From: Azolla caroliniana
Taxonomy: Eukaryota; Plantae; Polypodiophyta
Direction of reading: 5' to 3'
NCBI GenBank assembly: GCA_043228905.1
Contig: JBHGNT010000017.1
Span: 12,214,001-12,278,000, forward strand
DNA: 64,000 nucleotides
Shown here: in pieces, positions 13,175 to 25,372 of the stretch
Layout of the letters: the number at the start of each line of letters is the position of its first letter
Position numbering within the stretch: the stretch's first letter is position 1
Position numbers and translations under genes: made by a program
Notes under the pieces: generated by a model
Told to the model about the DNA's origin: nothing
What the model saw: only the letters and a program-made list of their open reading frames with translations
The model's database searches: none

Positions 13175-14590
13175 ACAAGCTAATCGACGAGAGGGCTGAT
13201 GTGGAAAGAAGGAAGAATGTGTAAGAGAAAAGGATGGGGTATGGTGGCGGGGTCATAGTCGACAATCGTGAGTGGGTGGGGAATTTTTACACTAATTTTT
13301 GTTTTTAATACAGGTTTTTCGTCAACAGTGCAAGATGTTAATCGGCAAGAGGGCTGACGTGGACTGAATGAAGAATTTCTTGTTTTGTGATAAGGATGAG
13401 GGAAGATGGCGGGGGGGTCGAAGCCATCTATCATGAGTGAGGAAACTTTGAGATTAACTGTTTTGTTATTGATACAGGTTTTTTCGTGGACATTGGTCAT
13501 GACGATAATTGGCTAGACGGTTGATGTGGTTTGAACGAAGAAATTTTCTGTGTGAAAGTGATAAGGTTGAGTGAAGATGGTGGGGAGGGTGAAGCCGACT
13601 ATAACGAGTGGGTGAGAAAATGTTTACACTAATTTTGTGTTGATCAATACAGGATATGCGTGGACATTGCCACCGTGTTAATTGGTGAGATGGTTGATGT
13701 CGACTGTATGAAGAATTTTTGTGTTAAGGATGAGTGAAGATGGTGGGGAGGGTGAAGCCGACTATAACGAGTGGGTGAGGAAATGTTTACATTAATTTTG
13801 TGTTGATCAATACAGGATATGCGTGGACATTGCCACCGTGGTATTTGGTGAGATGGCTGATGTCGACTGAATGAAGAATTATTGTGTTAAGGATGAGTGA
13901 AGATGGTGGGGAGGGTCGAAGCCAATGTGCAGGAGTGGGTGAGGACATGTTTTAACCTAAGTTTTTGTTGATTATACAGGATATGCGTGGACATTGGAAC
14001 CAGGTTAATCGGTGAGATGGCTGATGTCGACTAAAGGAAGAAATATTTGTGGTGAGGATGAGTGAAGATGGTGGGGAGGGTCGAAGCCAATCATCACGAG
14101 TGGCTTGAAGAAGACTACGGCCAAGAAGTAGCAGATTACCTCAATGGCTTGATTGGAGAGAGCAGTTTTGTATTACCTAAGTGGTACAAAAGGACATTCA
14201 CAAAGGAAAATTAAAGGCCAAGGAACGGGAACAGCTATTGGACAACCAGGTGATAGTGAACAACTTTAGTACATGCGGAACCAAATGCAAACATGGAGTT
14301 TTTAGACTACTAGCCATGATTACCACCAACATATGTATTCACTTGGACCGCAGGAATTTGTTTATAGGTTGAATATGGGTATACTAAAGAGCTTCAGTAT
14401 ATGTGGAATCACATTCAGCCAATGTTGGCTGCAACATGATGTTTTTTAGAGGCCATAACAAATGCCATCTTTATTTGGTCCCTTTTTTTTACGATATATA
14501 CTTATGGAGTGGAAACTATTATGTACAATTTGTAGATTGCCTTTGGCATTGTTAATTTTAATACCAATGGAGCATATTTTTTATGGAAAA
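13175..14590 (+). mobile_element. Non-LTR (LINE-tailed) insertion with 17-bp TSD
   Basis: AAATACCAACTGATCTA duplicated at 13158-13174 and 14591-14607; A-rich 3' end; 3' part shared with 47828-48122. Confidence 0.85.
13185..14105 (+). repeat. Tandem array of ~162-171 bp monomers (~5.5 copies)
   Basis: GTGAAGATGGTGGGGAGGG recurs at ~13572, 13733, 13897 and 14062, with diverged copies at ~13235 and 13401. Confidence 0.85.
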
Positions 14591-17500
14591 AAATACCAAC
14601 TGATCTAGGGCAAGTGCCCAAGTTTCTGCTAATTACAAAAAATATCCTAGTACAATGTCCACTAACTAGTGTGAACACTCTCTCTATGGGAAGTTGAGTT
14701 CGATTCTCAACACGCCCCTTTGAACACAATTTCCGTATGTCGAAAAGTCGTTTTGGTTTGGTCTTCGAAATACTTCAATTTGGATGAATCGGCTTCCGAC
14801 TTTCGAAATCTTCGAACTTGGTTGTTCGGCTTTTCGGCTTCATGCTCGTTGTTCATTGTACTGGTCAGTTACTTCTGTTTCTCGGCTGCTTCCGTGTCAC
14901 CTGCTGTACTTCCCCTCAAGCTTGGCAATGTAGAGCAAATGAGAGAGAGTGAGAGCTCTAAACAAGAAATTGTATATTACATCCAACAGTAACTAAGTTA
15001 CAAAGGGTTGGTTTAAATACCAACTGATTTAGGGCAAGTGCCCAAGTTTCTACTAATTACAAAAATATCCTAGTACAATGTCCACTGACTAGTGTGAACA
15101 CTCTTTCTATGGGAAGTTGAGTTCGATTCTCAACAGGTTGTTTCATAACAATTTTCTTAGGTATGTGCATCAAAACCCACATTTCGTATGTTCATCCCAC
15201 TTTAAAACAATGATAAATGTAAGGGTCTCACAAACTCTTTTGATTACTTGAGCAATTCCATCAAATTGTTCCACCAACAAAGATTATGATTCTTAGCATT
15301 TGGAACAATTTACACAGATATAGCTACATAGCCGGTGCATAATGCTATGAATATTATACATTTAAACATCATATTTGAGACATGCGTCTAACATAATAGT
15401 GCACTTCCGTAAGACAACCTCAACAACTATGCATTGTAGTGTAAAAATACCATTTTAAAAGTAGTTCCACTTTACTATGATCCAAACTCATAGTTCATCA
15501 ACATGTTTGATAGGTTGTTATAAGTGTAGCTGATGTGCATATGTACGAAGATGAAACTTTCACCATAAAATATCAAAATACCTTGCCCTTTGGCAATAAT
15601 AACATAGGTAAAACCAAATACTAGAATAATAAGAAAGAGAAAACCCTTACATGTTCATTCAAAGAAGCAATATATTTGAGACACACATGTCATGTGTCTA
15701 TTTGGTTTGGCACGAATGTGACACAAAATAAAATTGTCTTGTAACCAAGCCAAAAGTTCATGTTCTTCATGTAAACTTCATTATATTTTGAATACTTAAG
15801 TGCAAGCATCCAAAATTTCTATTTTTAAAGTGCTCATAAAATCAACTAGTTTCTATCTCTTTTTTTTAGTAATATTTTTATTACTAGTGGGAAAGCTCAA
15901 AGCTCAAAGTGATAAGCAACATAATACGTGTGTGTGTGTGTGTGTGTGTGTATTAAATGATTCTTATACATATGTGTCTATATAGGCACATTGAACACAT
16001 ATATAAGTCATTTCACAAAGAAAACATATCAACCATTGTTTAGGTGAAAATGGAACTTAGTATGAGGTATGGGAATATGGCATCTAATGTTGGGGTGTAG
16101 TAGTATGTAAGATAACTATGATAAGTGAAAAAGGTTTCTTCAACATGAGAAAGCACACCATCTCTTGATTATAAGCAATGAATAATGTGATATAACCAAA
16201 ACTTATATTGTCAATTAAACACATGCTTTAATTATTATGAACATTGACATTATATAAATTTGAATTTTTATGATGTTGGTTACATCCACCATATATAAGG
16301 TGAAGTATTATGTTTAAGAAACATCAACTGCAACAATTTATTTCATTTTATGACTAATGAAGATGTAATAAGATGTGCACTTTTTCAACATGAAGATTTC
16401 CTCTTAAACTAGAACATATATGTGCAATAACACATATTAACAACCACATGGAAATGTATGACTTTGTAAGCCAGTGACATAAATCTTGTGTTCATTTTTA
16501 CGAAAATATCATTGGTATACTTTTACTATTGATTGTGGTCTCATATAGTATAGACGAAGAGACACGTCTCTTATGGTTTGAACCAAAGAACATGGCCAAG
16601 ATGGGATTGCTTTTACAACAAAAATATATTCTTTATTATGAATCTTCATACTACAATGATAATTATCAAATGACAACGTGTGCAAATTACATCGACACAA
16701 TTTATGTTAACTTGGAGAGATTTAAACATCTTTGTTTGGATGTTCTTTTGAGAAATATGCATAGGTTTTGAAAACTTGAATGTATGTATTAATGGCAATA
16801 GACTTACAAGGTATCCTCTCGTTTGTCAAAAGAACCTTATAAAATATCGATCACTTAAGTAACACTTGGCTTCATTCATTTATGAAATACAAAGTTGTGA
16901 AACCTACATGTATATTTATGATTATCAACCACATATTGAAACTAATCTATAGGGCATGTGGGTCATGTTAGTGATAATTAGAAAGTACTAAGTATTTGAG
17001 GGAGTAAACCATAGTTACATGGAACAAGAACATTATGAAAACAAGGATATAAATTCAAGAGATATGACTTTTCATAAGAATTTTTATAGAAACCTAGAAT
17101 AGAGAGGTGTTACACCATGACCAACTTATAGGCATAAACATATACTTTCATTCCACAATGATACTCAAGAAAATTTAAAAAATTGACATAAGATTTGAAA
17201 CATAGACTTGATAAGTTTAAACTTGACTCCTCCAAAGTCTCATGCAAAACTTGTTTTAGTTTTCATGTATATGCATAGATAAATAGTCATATATACAAGC
17301 ATTGCACTAAAACTATGTGAACTTCCTCCCCAATCCCATCAATGTTCTCAATATCTTCTTTATTATCTAGCTCCTCATGATTTGCCTCTCCTTCATTTTC
17401 ATCATCCTCTTCAATTATAGTTGGAAAACATTATTCTTTGTTTATGCCAAAGAACTTGCATTTTCAATTAAAGTGGGGTCACGCGCATTCATATGAATTA

Positions 17501-17671
17501 TTACAACAATATTAAGAATGCAAGTTCTCATAACTCATTTCCTTGATTACTTGAAATTTAAAATCAAGCATATATATACAACATGAAGACGTGAATGATA
17601 TTCCATCTAATGGTAACAAATTGCACCAATCTAAATATATGAATTCGTCATCCTCAAAGGAGTAATCAATG

Positions 17672-18043
17672 TTTTTATTTATTTATTTATTTAAAAGAAG
17701 GTTCACCTTGGTATTAATGGAAACATGTCGAAAGGCTACAACGAATCCATACATTCTATTACAACCCTCATATCCACATCAACCAGCATGTCAAGTATCA
17801 AAAGCCCTCATGTAGGGTTGTTCCAAGACGGGGGGTGGCAAAAGCCATCTTGGTGGAGCATATTTCCACTTTATTCTTTCTCCAAAAGAGGTGAAGACCT
17901 CAACGTTTTGCCAAATTTCGCCAAACTGTTGTTTATAAATCACAACCTCAGGCTCACAAGCTATTGCATCATATTGACCTCTTAAAGTGTGTAAGAGCAT
18001 TAACCATACCTCTTTGACTAACTCAACTGCATTCTGTTTTATT
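17672..18043 (-). mobile_element. LINE 3' end (ORF2 C-terminus and (TAAA)n tail); continues at 48394
   Basis: WVLWKARCKCVFQK (right of family A) continues into NAVELVKEVWLMLLHTLRG...PPRWL here; the minus strand ends in TAAA repeats. Confidence 0.75.
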
Positions 18044-18539
18044 TGTTATCCCTTAGGCTGGACAAGCCCTAACACAGGGTGTCCCTATGGAACACTTCAC
18101 CAAAGGGTGGTACGGGAAGATATGGATAGACTGTAATATCGAATGGGTCTTAACCGGTTACTAACCGACACTGTTAATGATCGTAACACACGCGTAAGAT
18201 TAGTTATATTAAGCACATGACGGTAACTAGATAGACTCTGAACATACGTAAACAACAACACTTCTATTAATTATCCGTTGTTGATTACATTCTAGCCGGG
18301 TCCTTTTATAGGTCTTCGACTAAGTTACAAACTAGTGCCAACCAGCAACTGGCAACGATCCAGTTTGGATCCGAATCGGCATACCGATTCTGGGTCCGTT
18401 CGTCTGCTTCTCAAAATAACATAATACTTATTAATTCTCAAAATAACATAGTACTTATTAATTTCAACTCCCTATTCCTAATTAAATACCCCTTTTACAT
18501 TCTGGACTCTAACTGGCCCTTTTGCCTTGCCGGCCAACA
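18044..18539 (-). repeat. Family A 3' LTR
   Basis: TGTTATCC...GGCCAACA; homologous to 47584-48393 and 35067-35523. Confidence 0.92.
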
Positions 18540-18541
18540 CA

Positions 18542-18558
18542 TGGCACGCCCGTGGGAC
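18542..18558 (+). promoter_or_regulatory. Opposite-strand PBS-like site (tRNA-Arg(TCT)-like) at the PPT position
   Basis: TGGCACGCCCGTGGGAC, 2 nt from the LTR end; complementary to a plant tRNA-Arg 3' end (GTCCCACCGGGCGTGCCA) apart from one missing G. Confidence 0.75.
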
Positions 18559-18786
18559 AGTATGTTGTACGTTGAACCCACGGTTAGCCCTTTATCACTC
18601 GTTTGTCAAAATGTCCAAAATGCTTTGGTCCAAGGGTTCTAGAGGTTCTTCGGGTAGTTGCTTTGTTTGTTGTTGTGGTTGTTGTTGCTGTTGCTCTCCG
18701 GCCTGCTCCGCCTCTCCGGCTTCCATCCCTTCCGGCTTGTTCCGGGCTTCCGTCTCCGTCTCATATGTTCTGGGCTCCTCCTGCTC

Positions 18787-21480
18787 CTAGTGTCCGGCTT
18801 GCATTGGCTCTTTCGGGTTGGCTACCTTCCGTTGCTCCTCTTGAGCTACTTTTGTCTGCATTCGGCGTCTGCTCCGGAGATTTCTCTTCGTCACTAATGT
18901 TAATTGCCGTCGTTCTTCTAGGCTCCATTTGCTGTCTCCGCTCCCGTTCGTAACGCTCGAACTAGAGTTGGGTATCTAGCTGGTCGTAATTCGGTTGTTC
19001 CACCAGCCGGCCCACCGCCACAAGTTGCTCTCCAACCAAGGACAAGAAGTCATCCAATAACTCCTCTCGTATGGTCACAACGCTTTCCGCGTCAAGTTTG
19101 TAGAAGTTATCGCTGTCCTTTTGCTGGTTCTCCGCATCCGCTCGCAATACCTGCAACTTGGCTGCCTGCTTTGCCCATTTGGACCACCACTGCACTGAAC
19201 TTTCTTCAACTAACTTCTTCGTCTGGTCTCTCCATGTCAGTACAATATCTCGAATACGGTTAAGTCCCATCTTTGACTTCTCCTCTGCAACCTGCTTTTC
19301 ATCCTTTAATTGCTTTATGAGGGTTGCAGTTGCCTTAGCTTGCCCCGTATATTGCATTAGTTGCGTCTAATAACTCGTCTGAACTCTGTTCAGAGCCATC
19401 TTTGCTCGTTCCATCTCCTCATGATGCTGCCGGGTAAGCTCCAGTTTGTCCTTCGCCGCTTCTGCCAACATCTTTGCCGCTTCGACTCCCTTGGTCCTTT
19501 CATTTGCTAATGCCGCTGCCGTCCTGTGGACTTCATCTCGGAGTTCCCGCATCTTTTCTTACTACCGGTCACCTTCTGCCATCAATTTCTTGTGTTTCGC
19601 CTTTAGGTGCTTGTGATCGCGGTGCAACCTGTCAAAATCCTCCGTTTTCTGTTTCAACCTCTGATTGATTTGGCATCGGGCCCAGTCCTCACGGTCCTTC
19701 TGTTGCCAGAGTTCTTGTTGGAGCCGCTCGATCTCGACTTCTGCCGATCGCCGGAGTTTGTCCCTTTCTTGCAACAACTTGTCTTTTTCTTCCTTCAATC
19801 GGTCGTATGCTTGATGACCTTTCCGTAGATTGTCCTCAGCTTTTCGAAGGTTCTCTGCTGTTTTCCGTTGCTCTTTCTTCGCCGCCTTCTTCAGGTCTCG
19901 TTCTCTACCCCTTAAGGCCTCTTGGGCTGCCAATTCTTCTCTGAGAGTGACGAGTTCTTGTTCTTGTGCCTTATTTGCATCCGGTGCTATTTCAGTTCTC
20001 GGCATCTTATTAGTCTGTTCATTCACCGGAGCCACCGGTTCTGGTAGTCTTGGTCCTTCTGTGACTTGCTTAGCCGCCTCTGCTTTAGCGTGCGCAATTT
20101 CTACTTCCATGCTCCGGATCTTCGACTGGGCCTTCTCAAGTTCTTCGGTTGTGGCGAACAACTGGTTCCCCTGTGTTCTCTCCTCCATTTCTATTTGGCA
20201 CACAACCTTGGCCGCGTGCTCGCCGATCCACCGTAGCCATTGACTGCCGATGCCTTTTTGTCGTGCCGGTTCTGGTTGTGGCATTGCATTTGTTCACGCC
20301 GGAAGCCCTTTTTGGATTCTTGACTGCAGTGACAACTCCTGCTCTTTTTGTGCTTGTTGCCCTAGTGAGGTAGGCAATTCAATTACCGGTGCTTGGACCA
20401 CCGACACTGCTGCTTCTTGCCACAAAGGTAGCTCTTCCATCAGTTCTGATTGAACCGGTTCCGCCTCCTTCCTTGGCTCCGGTCCCTCAGAGCGGGGTGT
20501 CGGTGCACTGTCCTTCACCGGACCCGATTCGTCCCCCTTCTGCTCTGCATCGCTACGCTTCTGGCGACGCAAGAGGTTATCGGCGGGGTCTTCCTCTGCC
20601 TCCTCCTCTTGGGTCTTGATATTGATCTTCGTTGCTAAGGGGTCCGGCTTTTGTTCCTGTCGGCGCAACTTGATTTTCAGAGGCCTTACGGGTGGCTCCA
20701 CCGGTGTCTCTGTCTCTGCTTGCCTTTTCCAGCTAGGCGGTTCTTTCCCTTGCTGTGAGGTACCACCCTCTTTCCATCCAAGCGTGTGCTTGGCTAGAAG
20801 TTGTTGCCGTTTTGAAGGTTTGTTAGGCGTGGTCTCCGTTACTCGAACCCGCTTCTTAGTCCTTACCGTCTCCACCGGTGGCGCCAAAAGAGTCAGCCAT
20901 TGAGCCACGACCGTCCATAATTTCTTGATGTTCTGCATTGATTCTATTGCCGTCCGCAAACAATCGGCGATGATTACCGACCAATCCACTTGCACCCCTG
21001 TGTACATAGCAATGATGAAACCGGCTTTGTTCTTTGGCATTGCCGGGGGTTGGGGGTACACGAACCCATACTCGTGAAGGACACGAGCCACTTCTCTGAA
21101 CAGGGGGTCCTCGCCGCCTGTGTCCAGTGAGCCTTAGTAATGAGGGAATACTCGCCAAAAAACTTGGTTAGTGTTTTAGGAGAAGGGTTCTCGATTGAGT
21201 AGATACCCCTTTCCAATAGTCCGATTAGCACGCGGATGACTTCCTCCGTTATGACCTCCGTGTCGATTTCCTGCACAACTTCTTCTACTTCGTTGTGCGG
21301 CGGTGCCTCTGCTATCCTCAGGAAGCCTCCCAGTCCATGTTGGTTGAACCACTTCTTGAACCACTTCGTGCCATAGGTTCCATCTCGTCTTCAGGTTTTG
21401 CAGGGGTAGGTAGGGTCGATGTGCTTGTCAGTGCTACTTGTGTTCGTCTGTTCACTTGTATTTTCCTTTGTGTGCTCAGT
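18787..21480 (-). pseudogene. Family A extra 3' ORF (globular N-terminus plus long coiled coil), broken by stops and frameshifts
   Basis: Collinear ORF pieces 20974-21276, 20294-21091, 19562-20284, 19367-19552 and 18962-19357; homologous to 35560-38480. Confidence 0.8.
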
Positions 21481-21693
21481 GCTCAGTGTTCGCGAAATGA
21501 AAGAGACTCTGCGAGGCGGAGGTTTCTTGTTCCCATGCTTGGCGCCTTTCTCGATTCCCGCGCATGCACGTCGTGTACTATAATAGCAACAGTGTGACAC
21601 GTGGTGCGCTTTAACTAGGCTTTAAATAACCACTACACCTTTTCTAGGTGTCCGTTCATTCCTCGCCTTTGCATGATGATCTTTTTTTTTTTT

Positions 21694-24600
21694 TAGTTCC
21701 GGTTACCCGGTAACCCCGGCTCCCTTGACTGTTGTTCTTCATGGTTGCTGGCCAACTGCTTGCCACTGCCTATCTCCGGTTGATGAAACAGGTTCTGTGG
21801 CATGGGTTCATAATATGGTTTAAGTTGGAACCCATTTACCCACTTGTCCAGCACCTCGCCGGCTAGCGTTCCCAGCTGATATGAGCCATTGAACTCTCAC
21901 GTTATCCAATATGGTTCGGTCCACCGGAATTGTAGCTTCCACGACATCTTGCCCATCCGGGTCTGGAACACTAGTACCGGCTTGCTGATGCCAAACATCT
22001 TCTTGTTACCCTTCCAGTGGTGGTCGACGAATGCTTTCCTTCGTTGTTGCTCGAGTTCCATCTACATTAGGCTCACTATTTGGTTTTCATCCAACTCACA
22101 TAGTGCTGGTAACCGGATTTTTGCCGACTCCTTCTCGCTCAGCCACTCCTGAACCTGTATCCGTAAGCTTGGAATTTGGAATTCAATTGGCATCACCGCT
22201 TGGAGACCAAACACTAACCGGAATGGTGTTGTCCGGATACTTGTTTTGTATGCTGTTCGGTAAGCCCATAACGCGATGTGCAACTTTGCATCCCAATTGG
22301 TTCAGTTCTCATTGACAATCTTCCGAAGAATGTTTTGCAGAGTTTTATTGGTTGACTCGGCCAATCCATTGGCCTACGGGTAATACGGGGTGCTTCGCTT
22401 GTGTAATACCGCATAAAATGTTGTTAGGCTTTCCACCACTTGGCCGAGGAAGTGTCCACCTTGGTCGCTGATTAATTTGATTGGACATCCATACTGGCAC
22501 TAGATGTACTCGTACAGGAACTTTGTCGTTGACGCTACGGTATTGTCCCTTAGTCCTTGGCTTCCACCCATTTTGTACAGTAATCTGTGGCGACAATTAT
22601 GTACCTGTTGCTGGTTCGCATTGCCAGTGGCTTGAATGGTCCAACAAAGTCCAGCCCCCATTTCTGGAATGGCTCTAGAGGTATTACCGACTGGTGCGGC
22701 ATGTGTGCTTGTTCTGTTGGCTGGCCCATTCTTTGACACAGATCACATTCCTTCGTATATCAGACCGAGTCCTTTAGTGTCGTTGGCCACCATAAGCCGC
22801 TGCGCAATATTTTCCTTGCCATAGCTTCACCGACATAATGTCCTCCGGCGACCTCACAATGTGCTTCTCGTAAAATGGTGTCTTTTTCATCACTCCGGAC
22901 CGCTCGCCGCCATATGCCGTCCGCTCCTTTATGATACAGGGTATCCTGTACTAGACAAAAGTGTTGGCTTTGCACCGCCAACTGTTTACGTTCATCTTGA
23001 TTCATCTCCTCTAGGGGTAGTCCGGTGCTTAAGAACTGGTGTAGATTCGTTAACAATGTGGCATCTGGAAATTCATCTTGAACACCGTCACCGGTCTCTC
23101 CGGATTCTAACCGGCTCAAGTAATCGGCAACCGCATGCTATACCCCCGGCCGATGATAGATCTCAAATTCTTGTAATAATAATGTCCATCGGGCCAGTTT
23201 GTCGGTGAGTGATGCCTTCGAGACCAAGTATCAATGCGCTGAATGGTCTACATGGAATGAAAACTTGTAGCCCAACAAATAATGTCGGCATTTGGTGACA
23301 CTGTATATCATTCCTAGGGCTTCTCTTTTCGTAGTGGAATAATTCCGCTCCACCTTTGACAGCTTCCGACTAGCGTAATACACCGGCTGGTACCACTTCG
23401 GTTTGGTAAGTTGCATGAGTACGCTGCTGATTGCGATATCCGACGCGTCCACGAAGACATGGAACTCTTTTGACCAGTCTGGGGGTTGTACCACTAGTGC
23501 TTGTGATAGCATAGTACGCGGTAAGCTATAAACCTCGTGCTCAGCTACCGCATCTAAAACTCCATCCGTAAACGGAAGTGGAAATGCGTCGGTAACCGTT
23601 GCCGCGTTTAATTTCGGGTAATCCACGCAGACACGGATCTTGCCATTCTTCTTTGGCACTACGACAATTGGACTTAGCCAAGTGGCTTTCTTCACCGGTC
23701 GAATAAAGCCGACTCGGAGCAGCTTGTCAATTTCCTCCTTTACTCTTGCCGCGTAGTTTGGGTTCATTCGATACCGTCGTTGTGCCACCGGCTTAGCGTC
23801 CTTGCTGAGGTGAATTTGGTGTTGATAGAGTTGGGGATCAAGTCCCTGCATATCTTCATAGGACCAGGTGAATACATCCCATAATTCTTCTAATAATGTT
23901 ATCATTGCTGATTTGTCTCCCTGTGACATCTCCTTGGCCACGTGTACCATACGTACTTCCTCTCCGGTGCACACATTTACTTCTTCTAGTTGTGACGCCT
24001 TTACTCCTTGGGATACTGCCATTTCCCGTTCCAAGGCCTCTTGTGCTTGCCGTAGTTCCCGGAGTGCATCCTTATCCGGTTCCTCCTCGACCTCTTCCAT
24101 TTGCACAATGTATGGAGATACCGCTTCTGCCACGTCCACTTCGAACAGAGGGACTATCCTTGGGTTCTCTTCAAGGTAGCGATCCACCTCCTTGTCGGCC
24201 CGTCCTGCGAGCATGTTCACGCTTTCGGCATATAGTGGGGTTACATCTTTGCCGGGGCTTGCTTGCGGTTGCATGGGTACTCTTACTTTCATTTTCCCTC
24301 TTCGGAACGTAATATTGTTTTTCTTCCAATTTTGTTTGATATGGGCAGTCCTCAACCATGGTCGTCCTAGCAGCAGTGGGTATGCCCCTTGAGCATTCAA
24401 CTAGAGGACTACCACAGAAATTCGGAAAGCATGACCTCCGATCGTCACCTCCAAGTCCCGAATCAAGCCGGCCGATCGGACTGAGTTGGTGTCCGCCATC
24501 CGGAGCCAGAATTGCCATGGTTCCCACTCTTGAATTCCCAAAGTGTCGCATGTCCGGAGGCTTATCACGTTTACACCCGATCCGCCATCGACTATCGTAC

Positions 24601-24818
24601 CTGGTAGCTCCCGTCCTTTAATAATCGCAGTGATTGCAGGACTGCTGGTGTCCACCACTGTCAGTCCTTTACTTTGGATTTGGAGCCAGTGCAGGACTTA
24701 ACGGAGCCATCGCCGATTTCAACCCGTCGGTGAACCGGGGCACTAGTTGCAGTAACCGACCCAATGGTAACGTGATTTGGCATTCCTAAAGTGCTTGCCA
24801 CGTGGGGTTCTCCGGCTG
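21694..24818 (-). pseudogene. Family A pol (PR-RT-RH-INT) with RT core deleted
   Basis: PR TIVDGGSGVNVI; RT WLSPIVVVPKKNGKIRVCVDY jumps to RH FHVFVDASD with no YxDD; INT GGHYVGE and ALWAYRTAYK. Confidence 0.9.
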
Positions 24819-25299
24819 TGACGGGAACTCAACGCTCCTTATGCGCAACGCTGTCGTGAAGATCCGTCACTACGCGCGGATCGTGAGGCGGAACCGCCGG
24901 GGTTCTGGACCAGAAGGATTTAGAGTCGATACAAGCTTTGGCGAGAAAGTACTTAAGATAGATTGGGAAAGAGAGAAGTTGAGATTAAACGATTGAGAAA
25001 GATCGATTGAACTTTTTATCTTTGGATTTAAGAAACAAGTTACACCATCAATTTGATAACGAATTTCTTCTTCTTAATTTCATAAAAAAAACCGTGTTTT
25101 TCCTCCTCCCCCTTCCCTCTTTTATAGATGCTCTCATGCATATGATGCATGTGAGGGTACAAGACATGCATAAATTGCATGTTTGCCATTTGGCGCTTAT
25201 GTATTACATGTGGTGCATGATAACCATGTCACTCATTTTAGTTCTCATGTATGAGAATTTACATGTAAAAGTATAATGATAGAAATATAATTTCAACTA

Positions 25300-25372
25300 A
25301 ATAGCATGGCTTAATGGTAAGCCAATTGACTCCTAACTTGGAGGTGCAAGGTTCGAATCCTTACTTGACCTC
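25300..25372 (+). other. tRNA-derived sequence (A and B boxes) in the family C 3' LTR
   Basis: A box TGGCTTAATGG at 25307-25317 with D-stem GCTT/AAGC; B box GGTTCGAATCC at 25350-25360; anticodon and acceptor stems poorly paired. Confidence 0.7.

Larger units (their letters stand above)
13029..15135 (-). mobile_element. Copia deletion derivative: 3' LTR (13029-14712, interrupted), 3' UTR only, truncated 5' LTR (~14929-15135); TSD GGTTG
   Basis: GGTTG at 13024-13028 and 15136-15140. LTR and 3' UTR are homologous to 53942-54470. PPT complement CGCCCCTT at 14713. Confidence 0.85.

Noticed and set aside
15140-17670. AT-rich region, possible DNA transposon relic
   Set aside because: No TIRs, TSD or recognisable transposase motif found
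25300-25372. Functional tRNA-Arg(CCT) gene
   Set aside because: Acceptor and anticodon stems do not pair; reported only as tRNA-derived
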